28,609 nt of DNA from an uncultured Bacteroidales bacterium (GCA_947074245.1 CAMTOW010000001.1:1-28609); one strand, 5' to 3'; positions 8,443 through 17,605 are shown, numbered from the stretch's first letter. Numbers and translations: made by a program. Notes: a model not told the origin generated them from the letters alone.

Positions 8443-9942
8443 ATGAAAAAAGCAAAATATATTCTGTTATCGGCCTTCGTGTTGGGTCTAACCGGTTGTT
8501 CGGATGACTTCCTGACCATCAAATCGCCCGATCAGATCTCCATCGACGAATACTACAACAGCGACGCGCGCATCTTCGAAGCATTGGTAGCCGCATACGA
8601 TCCGTTGCAATGGCCCGACTGGGGAATGGGCGAATACAACCCGCCACTGATCATGAGCGACATCATGGCCGACGACATCTGGGTAGGCGGAGCGAACATG
8701 ACCGACAACCAGAACTGGCATCTGATGGCCAATTACAGCGCCTTATCCGACAAAGTGATCGGCGGCATCTGGACCGGATATTATTCGGGAGTGAACCGAT
8801 GCAACAACGTGATCTATTATATGGACGGCGTAAAAGCGATCACCGAAGCCAAAAGAGAACTGTATCTGGCCGAAGCGAAAGTATTGCGTGCTTACTATTA
8901 CAATACTCTGTGGAAATTTTGGGGCAACCTGCCCTTCTATACGGTCAATCTGGAGTTTCCGTATATCGCCGATCAAAGCAGCGCGGATGTGGTTTACGAA
9001 GCGATCATCGCCGATCTGGACGATGCGATCGCCAACGGCAACCTGCCGATGAAAGCGACTTCCGAGACATTCGGCCGGGTTACGAAAGCGATGGCCTATA
9101 TGCTCTATACCGAAGCGGTGATGTATCAGAAAGACAACAGCCGCTACCCGAAAGCACTCGGCTATATGAAAGAGATTATCGAAAGCGGACAGTATCAGCT
9201 TGAAAGCGACTATAACAAGATATTCACCAACGAAGGCGAATGGGGAAGCGAATCGATCTGGGAAGTCAATTACAAAAGCGTGGGAGCAGCTCGTTCGTGG
9301 AACTCGCCACTCGTATCGGGAGGTACCGTCGTGCCACGTCTGATCAGCCCCAACGGATGGATCGACGGAACCGATTCGAGAGACAACGGCTGGGGATTCT
9401 GCCCGGTACGTCTTGAAGCGCTGAATGCCTTCGAAAGCAACGATACGAGACGGGACGCAACGATCTTCGACGCCCGCGGGAAATCGTATAATCCGCGTTT
9501 TCAGGATACCGGTCTTTGGATCAACAAATACATGGCGCGTACGGGATACAATGCCGATCAGATTGCCGATGCCGACCTGAACTGGTGCAACAACCTTCGT
9601 ATCTACCGATTCGCGGAAACGCTCCTCAATGCGGCTGAACTGATCAAACTGGGAGCCGGAAGCGGTGATGCCGACGGATATCTGAATCAGGTGCGCCAAC
9701 GTGCCGGTCTGGAAGAAACGACCGCTTCGATCGAGAATATCTTAAACGAACGAGGACTCGAATTCATGTGTGAAGGGAAACGTTATTGGGATCTGATCCG
9801 TTCGGGAAAAGCGGCAGAAACACTCGTTCCCGACGGTTACAGTTACCGGACCCGCTCGTGGTCGGAGAATAAGAAATGGTTGCCGATTCCGCAAAGCGAG
9901 ATCAACGCATCCCACGGTAAGCTAACTCAGAATAACTATTAA
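8443..9942 (+). CDS. susD: SusD/RagB-family surface glycan-binding lipoprotein, 499 aa
   Basis: Lipobox LTGC followed by SDDF. AEAKVLRAYYY, TKAMAYML, RIYRFAETLLNAAE, ERGLEFMCEGKRYWDLIR and LPIPQSEI motifs. 18 bp after susC. Confidence 0.96.
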   Translation: MKKAKYILLSAFVLGLTGCSDDFLTIKSPDQISIDEYYNSDARIFEALVAAYDPLQWPDWGMGEYNPPLIMSDIMADDIWVGGANMTDNQNWHLMANYSALSDKVIGGIWTGYYSGVNRCNNVIYYMDGVKAITEAKRELYLAEAKVLRAYYYNTLWKFWGNLPFYTVNLEFPYIADQSSADVVYEAIIADLDDAIANGNLPMKATSETFGRVTKAMAYMLYTEAVMYQKDNSRYPKALGYMKEIIESGQYQLESDYNKIFTNEGEWGSESIWEVNYKSVGAARSWNSPLVSGGTVVPRLISPNGWIDGTDSRDNGWGFCPVRLEALNAFESNDTRRDATIFDARGKSYNPRFQDTGLWINKYMARTGYNADQIADADLNWCNNLRIYRFAETLLNAAELIKLGAGSGDADGYLNQVRQRAGLEETTASIENILNERGLEFMCEGKRYWDLIRSGKAAETLVPDGYSYRTRSWSENKKWLPIPQSEINASHGKLTQNNY

Positions 9943-9954
9943 ATCCGATATCCG

Positions 9955-11799
9955 ATGAAAACTATAATAAGCTATCTCTCCGGCCTTTGCATGCTGATGT
10001 TCGCACTGACCGGTTGTGAAGACTCCTATATGAAGCCCGACGAAGGGCAAATCCCACTGGCAACCGAGATCGCCTGCGATATCACGGTCGATCAAAGCAC
10101 CAATGAGGTGACCTTCCGGTTGAACAATCCGAAATGCAACCCGATATGGGTGTTCGACGAAAAAGATTATTCTACGGTAAACGGGCTGACCCGGGTATTC
10201 GCCGTAGCCGGAACCTATCAGGTGGAGGTGAAAATATCAAACGCACACGGTGTGAGCGACGGTTCGATCCGAAAAGAATTCACCGTGGAAAATACGTTGA
10301 TCGACTTTTCACGCTACATCAAGATGTTTGCAGGCGACACGTCGAAAGAGTGGATTCTCGCGAAAGAGGAGTCCGGACATCTGGGTTGTGGCGAACCGGG
10401 AAGCGACGGCACGGGATGGTGGAGCGCATCGCCCAACGAGAAAGCCGAATTCGGAGTCTATGACAACGTAATGACGTTCGATACCGACCAGAAATATACG
10501 TTTGATCCGGGTGAAAGCGGCACGGTCTATGTGAATACGGGGTGTACGGGATTCGATGAGTTCAATACGACGGGAGAAGACTTCACCATGCCGATATCTG
10601 CCTCAACGGTGGATTATGACTTTACGGTGATCGGAAACGACGTTTATCTGGTATTACCTGCCAAAGCTCATTTGCCTTATATACCGAACGACGCGATCTA
10701 TCAGACGCCGATGTTCAAAATCCTTTCGATGAAGAACAACCGGATCGAACTGGTGGCCGACAATCAGGAGATCGCATGGCACTATACCCTGGTGACCAAG
10801 ACGCAGGAAGCATCCCGCGAGGATAAAATGGCCGGAACATGGGTTTGGGCGAAAGATCAGGCGGGACATCTGAGTTGCGGCGAACCGGGCAGCGACGGTA
10901 CGGGATGGTGGAGCGCCATGCCGAACGAGAAAGAGAAATTCGGAATCTACACCCATACGTTCACATTCGGAGCTGACGGCTCGTACACCTTCAATCCGGG
11001 CGAAAGCGGAACGTTTTATGTGAACAAGGACTGTACGAAATTCCCGGAATACAACACGAGCGGAGAAGACTTCAACGTACCGACCGACATTCAGAAAGGA
11101 ACCTGGAAATTTACGGATGAGGGCGCCGACACTTATTTAGAATTCCCGGCTCAGACCATCGTAGGATATGTAGCGAACGACTTGGCATGGGATACTCCGA
11201 AATTCAAAGTGTTGTTGCAGACTGAAACGGATTTGAAGTTCGTCATCGATAACGGCGAAATAGCTTGGCAATATCATTTTGTGAAGGAAGGAAGCGGAGA
11301 TGGCGACGGCGATATCGACGACGATACCAATTGGGATCCGACCTCATCGTTCAACCTATGGAACGGATGCACATTCACCAACTCGTTCTACTACGCTCCC
11401 GACTGGGCGCAGATCGCCGATCCGGAGTTGACCGTTAACGACAAGAGTTATGTGATCAGCCTTCCGCAGGCTACTTTCCAGCAATGGCAGGCACAAGTAT
11501 TCTTCCATACATCGCTGAGCGCGGCGAGCGACAAATCCTATGACTTCCGCTGCGTGCTGAATTCGAATCAGGATCTGTCGAACATAACCGTCAAACTATT
11601 CAAGAACGGAGACAACGATACGTTCTTCTTCGCCAAAGTCATTTCACTGACCGCCGACGAGGATTACGATTTCAAAATGCCGAAAATGGCGGGACTGGAT
11701 ATCGATAAGATCGACCTGGTATTCGACTTCGGAGGCAATCCGGCGAATACGACCGTAACCGTCAGTGAGGTATTGCTGAAAGACGCAACGCAAAATTAA
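9955..11799 (+). CDS. Surface glycan-binding lipoprotein (SGBP-B-like): PKD/Ig-like domain, two tandem Cys-containing modules, C-terminal CBM4-like beta-sandwich; 614 aa
   Basis: Lipobox LTGC-EDS. PKD-like stretch (VFAVAGTYQVEVKISNAHG). Duplicated GHLxCGEPGSDGTGWWSAxPNEK module. C-terminal WQAQVFF...YDFRCVL...IDLVFDFGG resembles CBM4-like domains. Directly follows susD. Confidence 0.8.
   Translation: MKTIISYLSGLCMLMFALTGCEDSYMKPDEGQIPLATEIACDITVDQSTNEVTFRLNNPKCNPIWVFDEKDYSTVNGLTRVFAVAGTYQVEVKISNAHGVSDGSIRKEFTVENTLIDFSRYIKMFAGDTSKEWILAKEESGHLGCGEPGSDGTGWWSASPNEKAEFGVYDNVMTFDTDQKYTFDPGESGTVYVNTGCTGFDEFNTTGEDFTMPISASTVDYDFTVIGNDVYLVLPAKAHLPYIPNDAIYQTPMFKILSMKNNRIELVADNQEIAWHYTLVTKTQEASREDKMAGTWVWAKDQAGHLSCGEPGSDGTGWWSAMPNEKEKFGIYTHTFTFGADGSYTFNPGESGTFYVNKDCTKFPEYNTSGEDFNVPTDIQKGTWKFTDEGADTYLEFPAQTIVGYVANDLAWDTPKFKVLLQTETDLKFVIDNGEIAWQYHFVKEGSGDGDGDIDDDTNWDPTSSFNLWNGCTFTNSFYYAPDWAQIADPELTVNDKSYVISLPQATFQQWQAQVFFHTSLSAASDKSYDFRCVLNSNQDLSNITVKLFKNGDNDTFFFAKVISLTADEDYDFKMPKMAGLDIDKIDLVFDFGGNPANTTVTVSEVLLKDATQN
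10345..11289 (+). repeat. Intragenic tandem duplication with 489-bp (163-aa) period
   Basis: Units 10345-10800 and 10834-11289 align without gaps. Hand count is about 78/152 identical residues. GGCGAACCGGG occurs at 10390 and 10879. Confidence 0.95.
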
Positions 11800-11814
11800 A
11801 CAGAATCAAACCCG

Positions 11815-11846
11815 GGAAAGGAGCGACCCGACAGGGGCTCCTTTCC
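11815..11846 (+). promoter_or_regulatory. Intra-operon stem-loop without a U-tract
   Basis: GGAAAGGAGC (11815-24) / GCTCCTTTCC (11837-46) plus inner CCC/GGG pairs; followed by TTATC, not a U run. Confidence 0.65.
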
Positions 11847-11862
11847 TTATCACCATGAAATT

Positions 11863-12969
11863 ATGAAAAAGATGAACTTATGCCTTTTCCTTCCGCTCGC
11901 ACTGACATTTTTCGGATGCGACAGCAACGATGATACGACAAAAGGCTCTCAAGATATACAATTGAATTTCTCTCTTTCGGAAATCAACGCCGATCAGGAG
12001 GAGATGACCACGGGAATCCATGTAAGCGCAAACCGGGAATGGAGCGTTTACAGCAACGAAGAGTGGATCTCCTGCACCCCGAATTCGAGCATACATCCGG
12101 AAGAAACGGTACAGGTGACGGTCGGTGAAAACAACTCGTTTGATGCCCGAAAAGGAAGCGTGGTATTCCGGTCGGGGAAAAAGAGGGGAATCATTCCGGT
12201 GGTCCAGAACGGGAAGCCGTTCAACAACGAACATTCCGCTTATGTGCCTGAAGGATATTCGATGGTATGGAATGATGAATTCGAATCGGGTACGCGTCCC
12301 AATACGCAGACCTGGAGTTATGAAACAGGCGATAACGGATGGGGCAACAACGAACTTCAACATTATATCGACGGTTCGGTAAACGGAGAAGATCTGGCGA
12401 CCGTATCCGACGGAATCTTCAAGATCATCGCCAAGAAAATCGACGGGACGGTCTACTCGATCCGCATCAACTCGAAAGAGAGTTGGAAATACGGCTATTT
12501 CGAAGCTCGCCTGAAATTGCCTTCGGGGAAAGGCACCTGGCCGGCTTTCTGGATGATGCCGAAAAACTTCACGTCCTGGCCGGAAGACGGAGAGATCGAC
12601 ATTATGGAGGAAGTGGGTTACAGACCGAACTGGGTTTCTTCGGCGATCCACACGAAATCTTATAATCATTCCATTAATACGGAGAAAACAAATGAGATGC
12701 TGTTGGAAACGGCTCAGTCGGAATTCCATGTATACGCACTGCGATGGACCAAAGATTATATCAAGACGTATGTAGACGGAAAGAACATCTTCACGTTCAA
12801 CAACGATGGAAACGGAGAAAAAGACACCTGGCCTTTCGATCAGCCATTTTATCTGAAGCTGAATCTTGCCTGGGGTGGAAACTGGGGAGGTGCGCAGGGA
12901 GTCGACGAGTCGGCTTTGCCGGCGGTTTATGAGATTGATTATGTACGTGTTTATCAAACAAACGAATAA
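11863..12969 (+). CDS. Lipoprotein endo-beta-1,3(4)-glucanase / laminarinase: BACON domain + GH16 catalytic domain, 368 aa
   Basis: Lipobox FFGC-DSNDD. BACON-like VSANREWSVYSNEEWISCTP...RKGSVVF. GH16 motifs WNDEF, GWGNNELQ, GTWPAFWMM, catalytic GEIDIMEE, FHVYALRW, YLKLNLAWGGNWGG. Confidence 0.93.
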   Translation: MKKMNLCLFLPLALTFFGCDSNDDTTKGSQDIQLNFSLSEINADQEEMTTGIHVSANREWSVYSNEEWISCTPNSSIHPEETVQVTVGENNSFDARKGSVVFRSGKKRGIIPVVQNGKPFNNEHSAYVPEGYSMVWNDEFESGTRPNTQTWSYETGDNGWGNNELQHYIDGSVNGEDLATVSDGIFKIIAKKIDGTVYSIRINSKESWKYGYFEARLKLPSGKGTWPAFWMMPKNFTSWPEDGEIDIMEEVGYRPNWVSSAIHTKSYNHSINTEKTNEMLLETAQSEFHVYALRWTKDYIKTYVDGKNIFTFNNDGNGEKDTWPFDQPFYLKLNLAWGGNWGGAQGVDESALPAVYEIDYVRVYQTNE

Positions 12970-12984
12970 AAGAGATATTGGAGT

Positions 12985-15219
12985 ATGAGAAGATCAGGAG
13001 CATTTGCTGCTTTAGGATTAGCATTGATTTTTACAGGGTGTAAGAAAGCACAATCAACCCCGGAAGATCTTTTTATTGAAAACCTGCTTTCGCAGATGAC
13101 GATCGAAGAGAAAATCGGACAGATGAATCAGGTATCGTGGGGAGACTGGAACGAAATGGCGCGTAAAGGAGAGATCGGCTCGGTATTGAACCTGACCGAC
13201 CTCTATGCGATCAATGAGATGCAACGCTGTGCCATCGAGGAGTCTCGTTTGGGTATTCCGGTTTTGGTCAGCCGAGACGTGATTCACGGTTACCGCACTA
13301 TGATGCCGATTCCGCTCGGACAGGCGGCCACGTTCAATCCCGAGATCGCCCGCAAAGGAGCACGGGTCGCTGCCATCGAGGCAACAGCCGAAGGGATCCG
13401 ATGGACATTCGCTCCGATGGTGGATATCAGCCGGGATCCCCGTTGGGGACGCATCGCCGAAAGTTGCGGTGAAGACGCATATCTGACTTCGGTGATGGGC
13501 GCGGCGATGGTAAAAGGATTTCAGGGCGACAGCCTGAACGACCCGACATCGATGGCGGCGTGCGTGAAACATTTCGTGGGGTATGGAGCAGCTGAGGGAG
13601 GGAAAGATTACAACTCGACCAAACTGACCGAAAACGAACTGCGTAATGTTTACCTGCCACCTTTCGAAGCAGCTTGTAAAGCGGGATCGGCAACCTATAT
13701 GACTTCGTTCAACGACAACGACGGAATACCCTGTACGGCAAACGAATTCATTTTGAAAAACGTATTGCGTAACGAATGGCAATTCGACGGATTCGTCGTT
13801 TCCGATTGGGCATCGGTAGCCGAGATGGTTCCGCACGGTTTCGCGGCAGACAACAAGGAAGCGGCGATGAAAGCGGTAAAAGCGGGTGTGGATATGGAGA
13901 TGGTGAGCGGCACGTATGCCGCTCATATCAAAGAGCTTCACAAAGAAGGAAAAGTGGACAAGAAACATCTGGATGATGCGGTTCGGAATATCCTTCGCGT
14001 GAAATACAGACTGGGGCTTTTTGAAAATCCGTATTTCGATCCGGAACAGAAAGTGGCTTATGTGCCCGAACACCTGGAGGTAGCCCGTCAGGCTGCGACC
14101 GAGAGCGCGATCCTTTTGAAGAATGAAAATCGCACGTTGCCATTGGATGAGAAAAAGATTCGGAATCTGGCGATCATCGGCCCCATGGCAGACGCTCCGT
14201 ATGAGCAGATGGGTACCTGGTCGTTCGACGGACAGAAAGAATATACCGTCACTCCGCTGACTGCCATCCGCGAGATGGTAGGCAACAAGGTGAATGTGAT
14301 TTATCAACCGGGACTGGATTTCAGCCGTGATAAAGATAAGAAAGGATTCGGAGCGGCGCTGACAGCGGCTAAACAGGCAGACGCGGTGGTGGTATTCGTC
14401 GGAGAAGAAGCGATCCTTTCGGGAGAAGCTCATTCCCTGGCGGATCTGAATCTGGTCGGTGCTCAGAAAGAACTGGTTCGCGCCTTGTCAGAAACCGGCA
14501 AACCGCTCGTAACGGTGGTGATGGCAGGACGTCCGCTTACGATCGGCGAAGAACTGGAAAGAAGCCATTCGGTGCTTTACTCGTTCCATCCCGGAACGAT
14601 GGGCGGCCCTGCCTTGGCGGATCTGTTATTCGGGAAAGCCGTTCCGAGCGGAAAGACACCGGTTACGTTCCCGAAAATGGTGGGACAGATTCCGGTTTAC
14701 TATAATCATAAGATGACCGGACGTCCGGCATCCCGTCAGGAAACATTGATGGATGCCATTCCGGTGGAAGCGGGTCAGACATCGCTCGGATGTACCAGTT
14801 TTTATCTGGACGCAGGTTTCGATCCGCTGGTTCCGTTCGGATACGGATTAAGCTATACGACATTCGCGTACGATACGCCTCGCCTCAACACGAATCAGTA
14901 TGGAAAGAACGACGTAATCAAAGCGACCTGTACGTTGACCAATACGGGTGATTACGAAGCGACGGAAGTCGCGCAGCTGTATGTCCGCGACATGGTTGGC
15001 AGTCTGACCCGTCCGGTGAAAGAACTGAAAGGATTCCAGCGTGTAACCTTGAAACCGGGCGAAAGCAAAGACGTAACGTTTGAACTTCCGGTGGAGGAAC
15101 TCGCTTACTGGAACATCGATATGCAACACAAAGTAGAGGAAGGTGATTTTCAATTGTGGATCAATACCGACAGCCGCAGCGGTGACGCCGCTCCGTTCCG
15201 GGTTATTGAGACCATTTAA
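12985..15219 (+). CDS. GH3 beta-glucosidase (BglX-like), lipoprotein, 744 aa
   Basis: Lipobox FTGC. MTIEEKIGQM, SRDVIHG, RDPRWGRIAESCGED, KHFVGYG, nucleophile VVSDW, PFGYGLSY, and C-terminal Fn3-like VAQLYVRD...PVKELKGF. Confidence 0.94.
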   Translation: MRRSGAFAALGLALIFTGCKKAQSTPEDLFIENLLSQMTIEEKIGQMNQVSWGDWNEMARKGEIGSVLNLTDLYAINEMQRCAIEESRLGIPVLVSRDVIHGYRTMMPIPLGQAATFNPEIARKGARVAAIEATAEGIRWTFAPMVDISRDPRWGRIAESCGEDAYLTSVMGAAMVKGFQGDSLNDPTSMAACVKHFVGYGAAEGGKDYNSTKLTENELRNVYLPPFEAACKAGSATYMTSFNDNDGIPCTANEFILKNVLRNEWQFDGFVVSDWASVAEMVPHGFAADNKEAAMKAVKAGVDMEMVSGTYAAHIKELHKEGKVDKKHLDDAVRNILRVKYRLGLFENPYFDPEQKVAYVPEHLEVARQAATESAILLKNENRTLPLDEKKIRNLAIIGPMADAPYEQMGTWSFDGQKEYTVTPLTAIREMVGNKVNVIYQPGLDFSRDKDKKGFGAALTAAKQADAVVVFVGEEAILSGEAHSLADLNLVGAQKELVRALSETGKPLVTVVMAGRPLTIGEELERSHSVLYSFHPGTMGGPALADLLFGKAVPSGKTPVTFPKMVGQIPVYYNHKMTGRPASRQETLMDAIPVEAGQTSLGCTSFYLDAGFDPLVPFGYGLSYTTFAYDTPRLNTNQYGKNDVIKATCTLTNTGDYEATEVAQLYVRDMVGSLTRPVKELKGFQRVTLKPGESKDVTFELPVEELAYWNIDMQHKVEEGDFQLWINTDSRSGDAAPFRVIETI

Positions 15220-15239
15220 GAGACGTTGATTGAGTAGAC

Positions 15240-15279
15240 AACCAGGGTGCCTAAAGGATTAGGCACCCTGGTTTCGTTA
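15240..15279 (+). terminator. Intrinsic terminator of the PUL operon
   Basis: 15-bp perfect stem AACCAGGGTGCCTAA / TTAGGCACCCTGGTT with AGGA loop, followed by TCGTTA. Confidence 0.8.
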
Positions 15280-15280
15280 T

Positions 15281-15325
15281 GGAAAAAGAAAAGGCTGAAT
15301 TTCGAATATGAAATTCAGCCTTTTC
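15281..15325 (-). terminator. Intrinsic terminator for the minus-strand GH36 gene
   Basis: 16-bp stem GAAAAGGCTGAATTTC (15288-303) / GAAATTCAGCCTTTTC (15310-25); the minus strand continues TTTTCTTTTTCC. Confidence 0.82.
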
Positions 15326-15367
15326 AAGTATTAACAACAAACAAATCAATCCCTCTTATTTGATCAG

Positions 15368-15397
15368 GACTCTGTCATATCCTTGTATGACGGAGTC
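15368..15397. other. Third stem-loop, immediately 3' of the GH36 stop
   Basis: GACTCTGTCATA-TCCTTG-TATGACGGAGTC, 12 bp with one non-Watson-Crick position, no U-tract. Confidence 0.55.
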
Positions 15398-15400
15398 GGT

Positions 15401-17605
15401 TTAATTTTCTTCCAGATAAAGCACACGACTCGCATAATCGTTGAGCTTGTGATAATCCACGTTGTGCGTATAAGGTATTTCCAGTCCGTTCGCCATCAGA
15501 TAGGCTCCCGAATATGACTTTCCTTCGAAAGGAAGCGGCTCGTTGTCGATCCGATTCAATTCTTTGACAGTATATCTTTTCTCCGGATCCAGACCGGCCA
15601 TTCTTACTTTCGGCAGATGTTGATTGCAGAAAGTCTCGGTTTTCCACCAGTAATAAACGGCACGATTCTTTTCGGGGGTGACATACATCAGCGATGCGAC
15701 TCCTTTCTTATCATACGGAGACATTAGGCGATACAGATCGCCGAACTGAACGACATCGCGAATCTCTTTGTATTGACTGATCGCCTTGCGGCACAATGCG
15801 ATCTCCTCATCATTCATATTTTTCGGCTGGATCTCCATACCCAAACGGCCGCTCATCGCGACATCAATCCGGTATTTCAAAGGAATGGTCCGGAACGTCT
15901 GATGATTGGGTGCGGCACTGATGTGAGAGGCCATCGCAATCGCCGGGAAGAAATAGGAAGTGCCCCATTGCATATAGATGCGTTGCAGGGCATCGGTATT
16001 GTCGCTTACCCAGAACTCGTCGAAATAAGGCAATACCCCGTAATTGGCGCGACCGCCTCCGCTGGCACATGCCTGAATGGTCAGATCGGGATAGTTGGCA
16101 CGGATCCGCTGACAGATCTTTTCGAACCCGCGGTGGTATTCGATATACAGATGACTCTGTTTGTCTTTTGTCAGGTAATTGGAGCCATGATTCATCACGG
16201 CCATGTTGGCGTCCCATTTGATGTAATCGATCTCCGGATAATTGGTCATGAGCGTATCGACCAGATCATAGATGAAATCTTGCACTTTGGGGTTTGCCAG
16301 ATCAAGGACGACCTGCGTACCCCCGCGCCCCAATACCAATTCCCGTTGAGGAGCCTCGATTACCCATTCGGGGTGTTTTTCGAAAAGTTCGCTGGTCGTA
16401 TTGGCCATTTCCGGTTCAATCCAGATTCCAAACCGGATATCGTGTTTTTTGGCGTTGTCGATCAACCCTTGTATTCCGTTCGGAAGTTTGCGGGTATCCA
16501 CGATCCAGTCGCCAAGCGAAGAATTATCGGTCAGACGCGGATATTTATCACCGAACCAGCCGTCGTCCATCACGAACAACTCACCTCCCATCGAGGCGAT
16601 ATCGCTCATCATCTGATCCATCCCGGTTTCGTTGATATCGAAATACACGCCTTCCCAGCTGTTCAATAAAATCTTACGCGGCACATCGCCGTGGGCTAGC
16701 TTATGGTTTCGTCCCCATTTGTGGAAGTTACGACTTGCGCCGCTCAATCCTTCCGAACTATACGTCAAGGCCAATGCGGGAGTAGCGAAGATTTCTCCTT
16801 TAGCCAGTTCATAAGAAGAGTTTTCCTCATTGATGCCTGCAAAAAAATGATGGTACTCGCTATCATCGGTATCGACACGGAGTTTATAGTTTCCACTGTA
16901 ACACAAAGCCGCTCCGATCACGTTTCCGTAATTTTCCTGCGGACGACCGTCGAGCGAGAACATGACTTCTCCATGCGCGGTATGGGAATTACGGACTCCG
17001 TCTTTGTTTTTTATGATTTTCATTCCGGGCGCAAGCGGCTCCTGGGCTACGATTCCTTCATTCGCCCATGAACCATATAAACTGGAAAGCCAGACTTCGC
17101 CCCTGCGGATGGGCAGATAGCCGGATGAAAACTGATTCAGCAGAACCGATTTCTTTTCGGAATGGGAAACTTCGGTCCAGGTCTCAATGACATCCGCATC
17201 CTGATAAGCTTTATAAAACACATTGAGGTAAAACGGATATATTTTGTCTTTCAGAGCGATGCGGGTTACCGTCGAATTGGAGAGCGTATCGGTATTCACA
17301 CCCGAAACGATCAGATCCAGGGTCATGTTTCCGTCACCATGACGGACAGCCATCGCCGTTTCGGTAGGACAATTCAGCCCATATACGGGATAAGCCGCAT
17401 AAGACGCTCCGCCTGCGAGTTGGTTCAGATCCTGATCATTGAGGCGATTGCCATAATAAATGAATTTCATTTCATTCCCGGCAGGTGCCGAAAGAATCAG
17501 TGAGGTATGGGGAGTATTGACCGAAATCGTATCGGCAAAAAGAACTCCGTGAGAACAGACCATACCCAATAATAAAAGAGATGAATTTATCTTCATACGA
17601 TGCAT
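15401..17605 (-). CDS. GH36 alpha-galactosidase with signal peptide, 734 aa (start could be Met4 at 17596)
   Basis: ILLNSWEG, FVMDDGWFG, FGIWIEPEM, nucleophile YIKWDAN, CASGGGR, acid/base WVSDNTD. Confidence 0.94.
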   Translation of the reverse strand: MHRMKINSSLLLLGMVCSHGVLFADTISVNTPHTSLILSAPAGNEMKFIYYGNRLNDQDLNQLAGGASYAAYPVYGLNCPTETAMAVRHGDGNMTLDLIVSGVNTDTLSNSTVTRIALKDKIYPFYLNVFYKAYQDADVIETWTEVSHSEKKSVLLNQFSSGYLPIRRGEVWLSSLYGSWANEGIVAQEPLAPGMKIIKNKDGVRNSHTAHGEVMFSLDGRPQENYGNVIGAALCYSGNYKLRVDTDDSEYHHFFAGINEENSSYELAKGEIFATPALALTYSSEGLSGASRNFHKWGRNHKLAHGDVPRKILLNSWEGVYFDINETGMDQMMSDIASMGGELFVMDDGWFGDKYPRLTDNSSLGDWIVDTRKLPNGIQGLIDNAKKHDIRFGIWIEPEMANTTSELFEKHPEWVIEAPQRELVLGRGGTQVVLDLANPKVQDFIYDLVDTLMTNYPEIDYIKWDANMAVMNHGSNYLTKDKQSHLYIEYHRGFEKICQRIRANYPDLTIQACASGGGRANYGVLPYFDEFWVSDNTDALQRIYMQWGTSYFFPAIAMASHISAAPNHQTFRTIPLKYRIDVAMSGRLGMEIQPKNMNDEEIALCRKAISQYKEIRDVVQFGDLYRLMSPYDKKGVASLMYVTPEKNRAVYYWWKTETFCNQHLPKVRMAGLDPEKRYTVKELNRIDNEPLPFEGKSYSGAYLMANGLEIPYTHNVDYHKLNDYASRVLYLEEN

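Noticed and set aside
8743-9699. 318-aa antisense ORF inside susD
   Set aside because: Codon-aligned shadow of a well-supported gene.
5054-11835. Shared 10-mer ACCCGACAGG in the susR-susC spacer (5054) and the pre-GH16 hairpin loop (11826)
   Set aside because: A 10-mer match among about 2 kb of intergenic DNA is expected by chance, and nothing extends the match.
11878-12957. 359-aa antisense ORF spanning the GH16 gene
   Set aside because: It is in the codon-aligned antisense register, where stops arise only from sense TTA/CTA/TCA codons, which appear rare here. No recognisable motifs. Treated as a shadow ORF.
13054-14433. 459-aa antisense ORF inside GH3
   Set aside because: Same codon-aligned shadow register, no domain signature, and atypical composition (rich in Phe, His and Arg).
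3344-15219. Apparent C-rich to G-rich skew shift from susR/susC to GH3, suggesting a mosaic PUL
   Set aside because: Based on single sampled lines and confounded by amino-acid composition; needs a computed codon-usage analysis.
15773-16669. 298-aa plus-strand ORF inside GH36
   Set aside because: Codon-aligned shadow of the minus-strand GH36, with no independent evidence.
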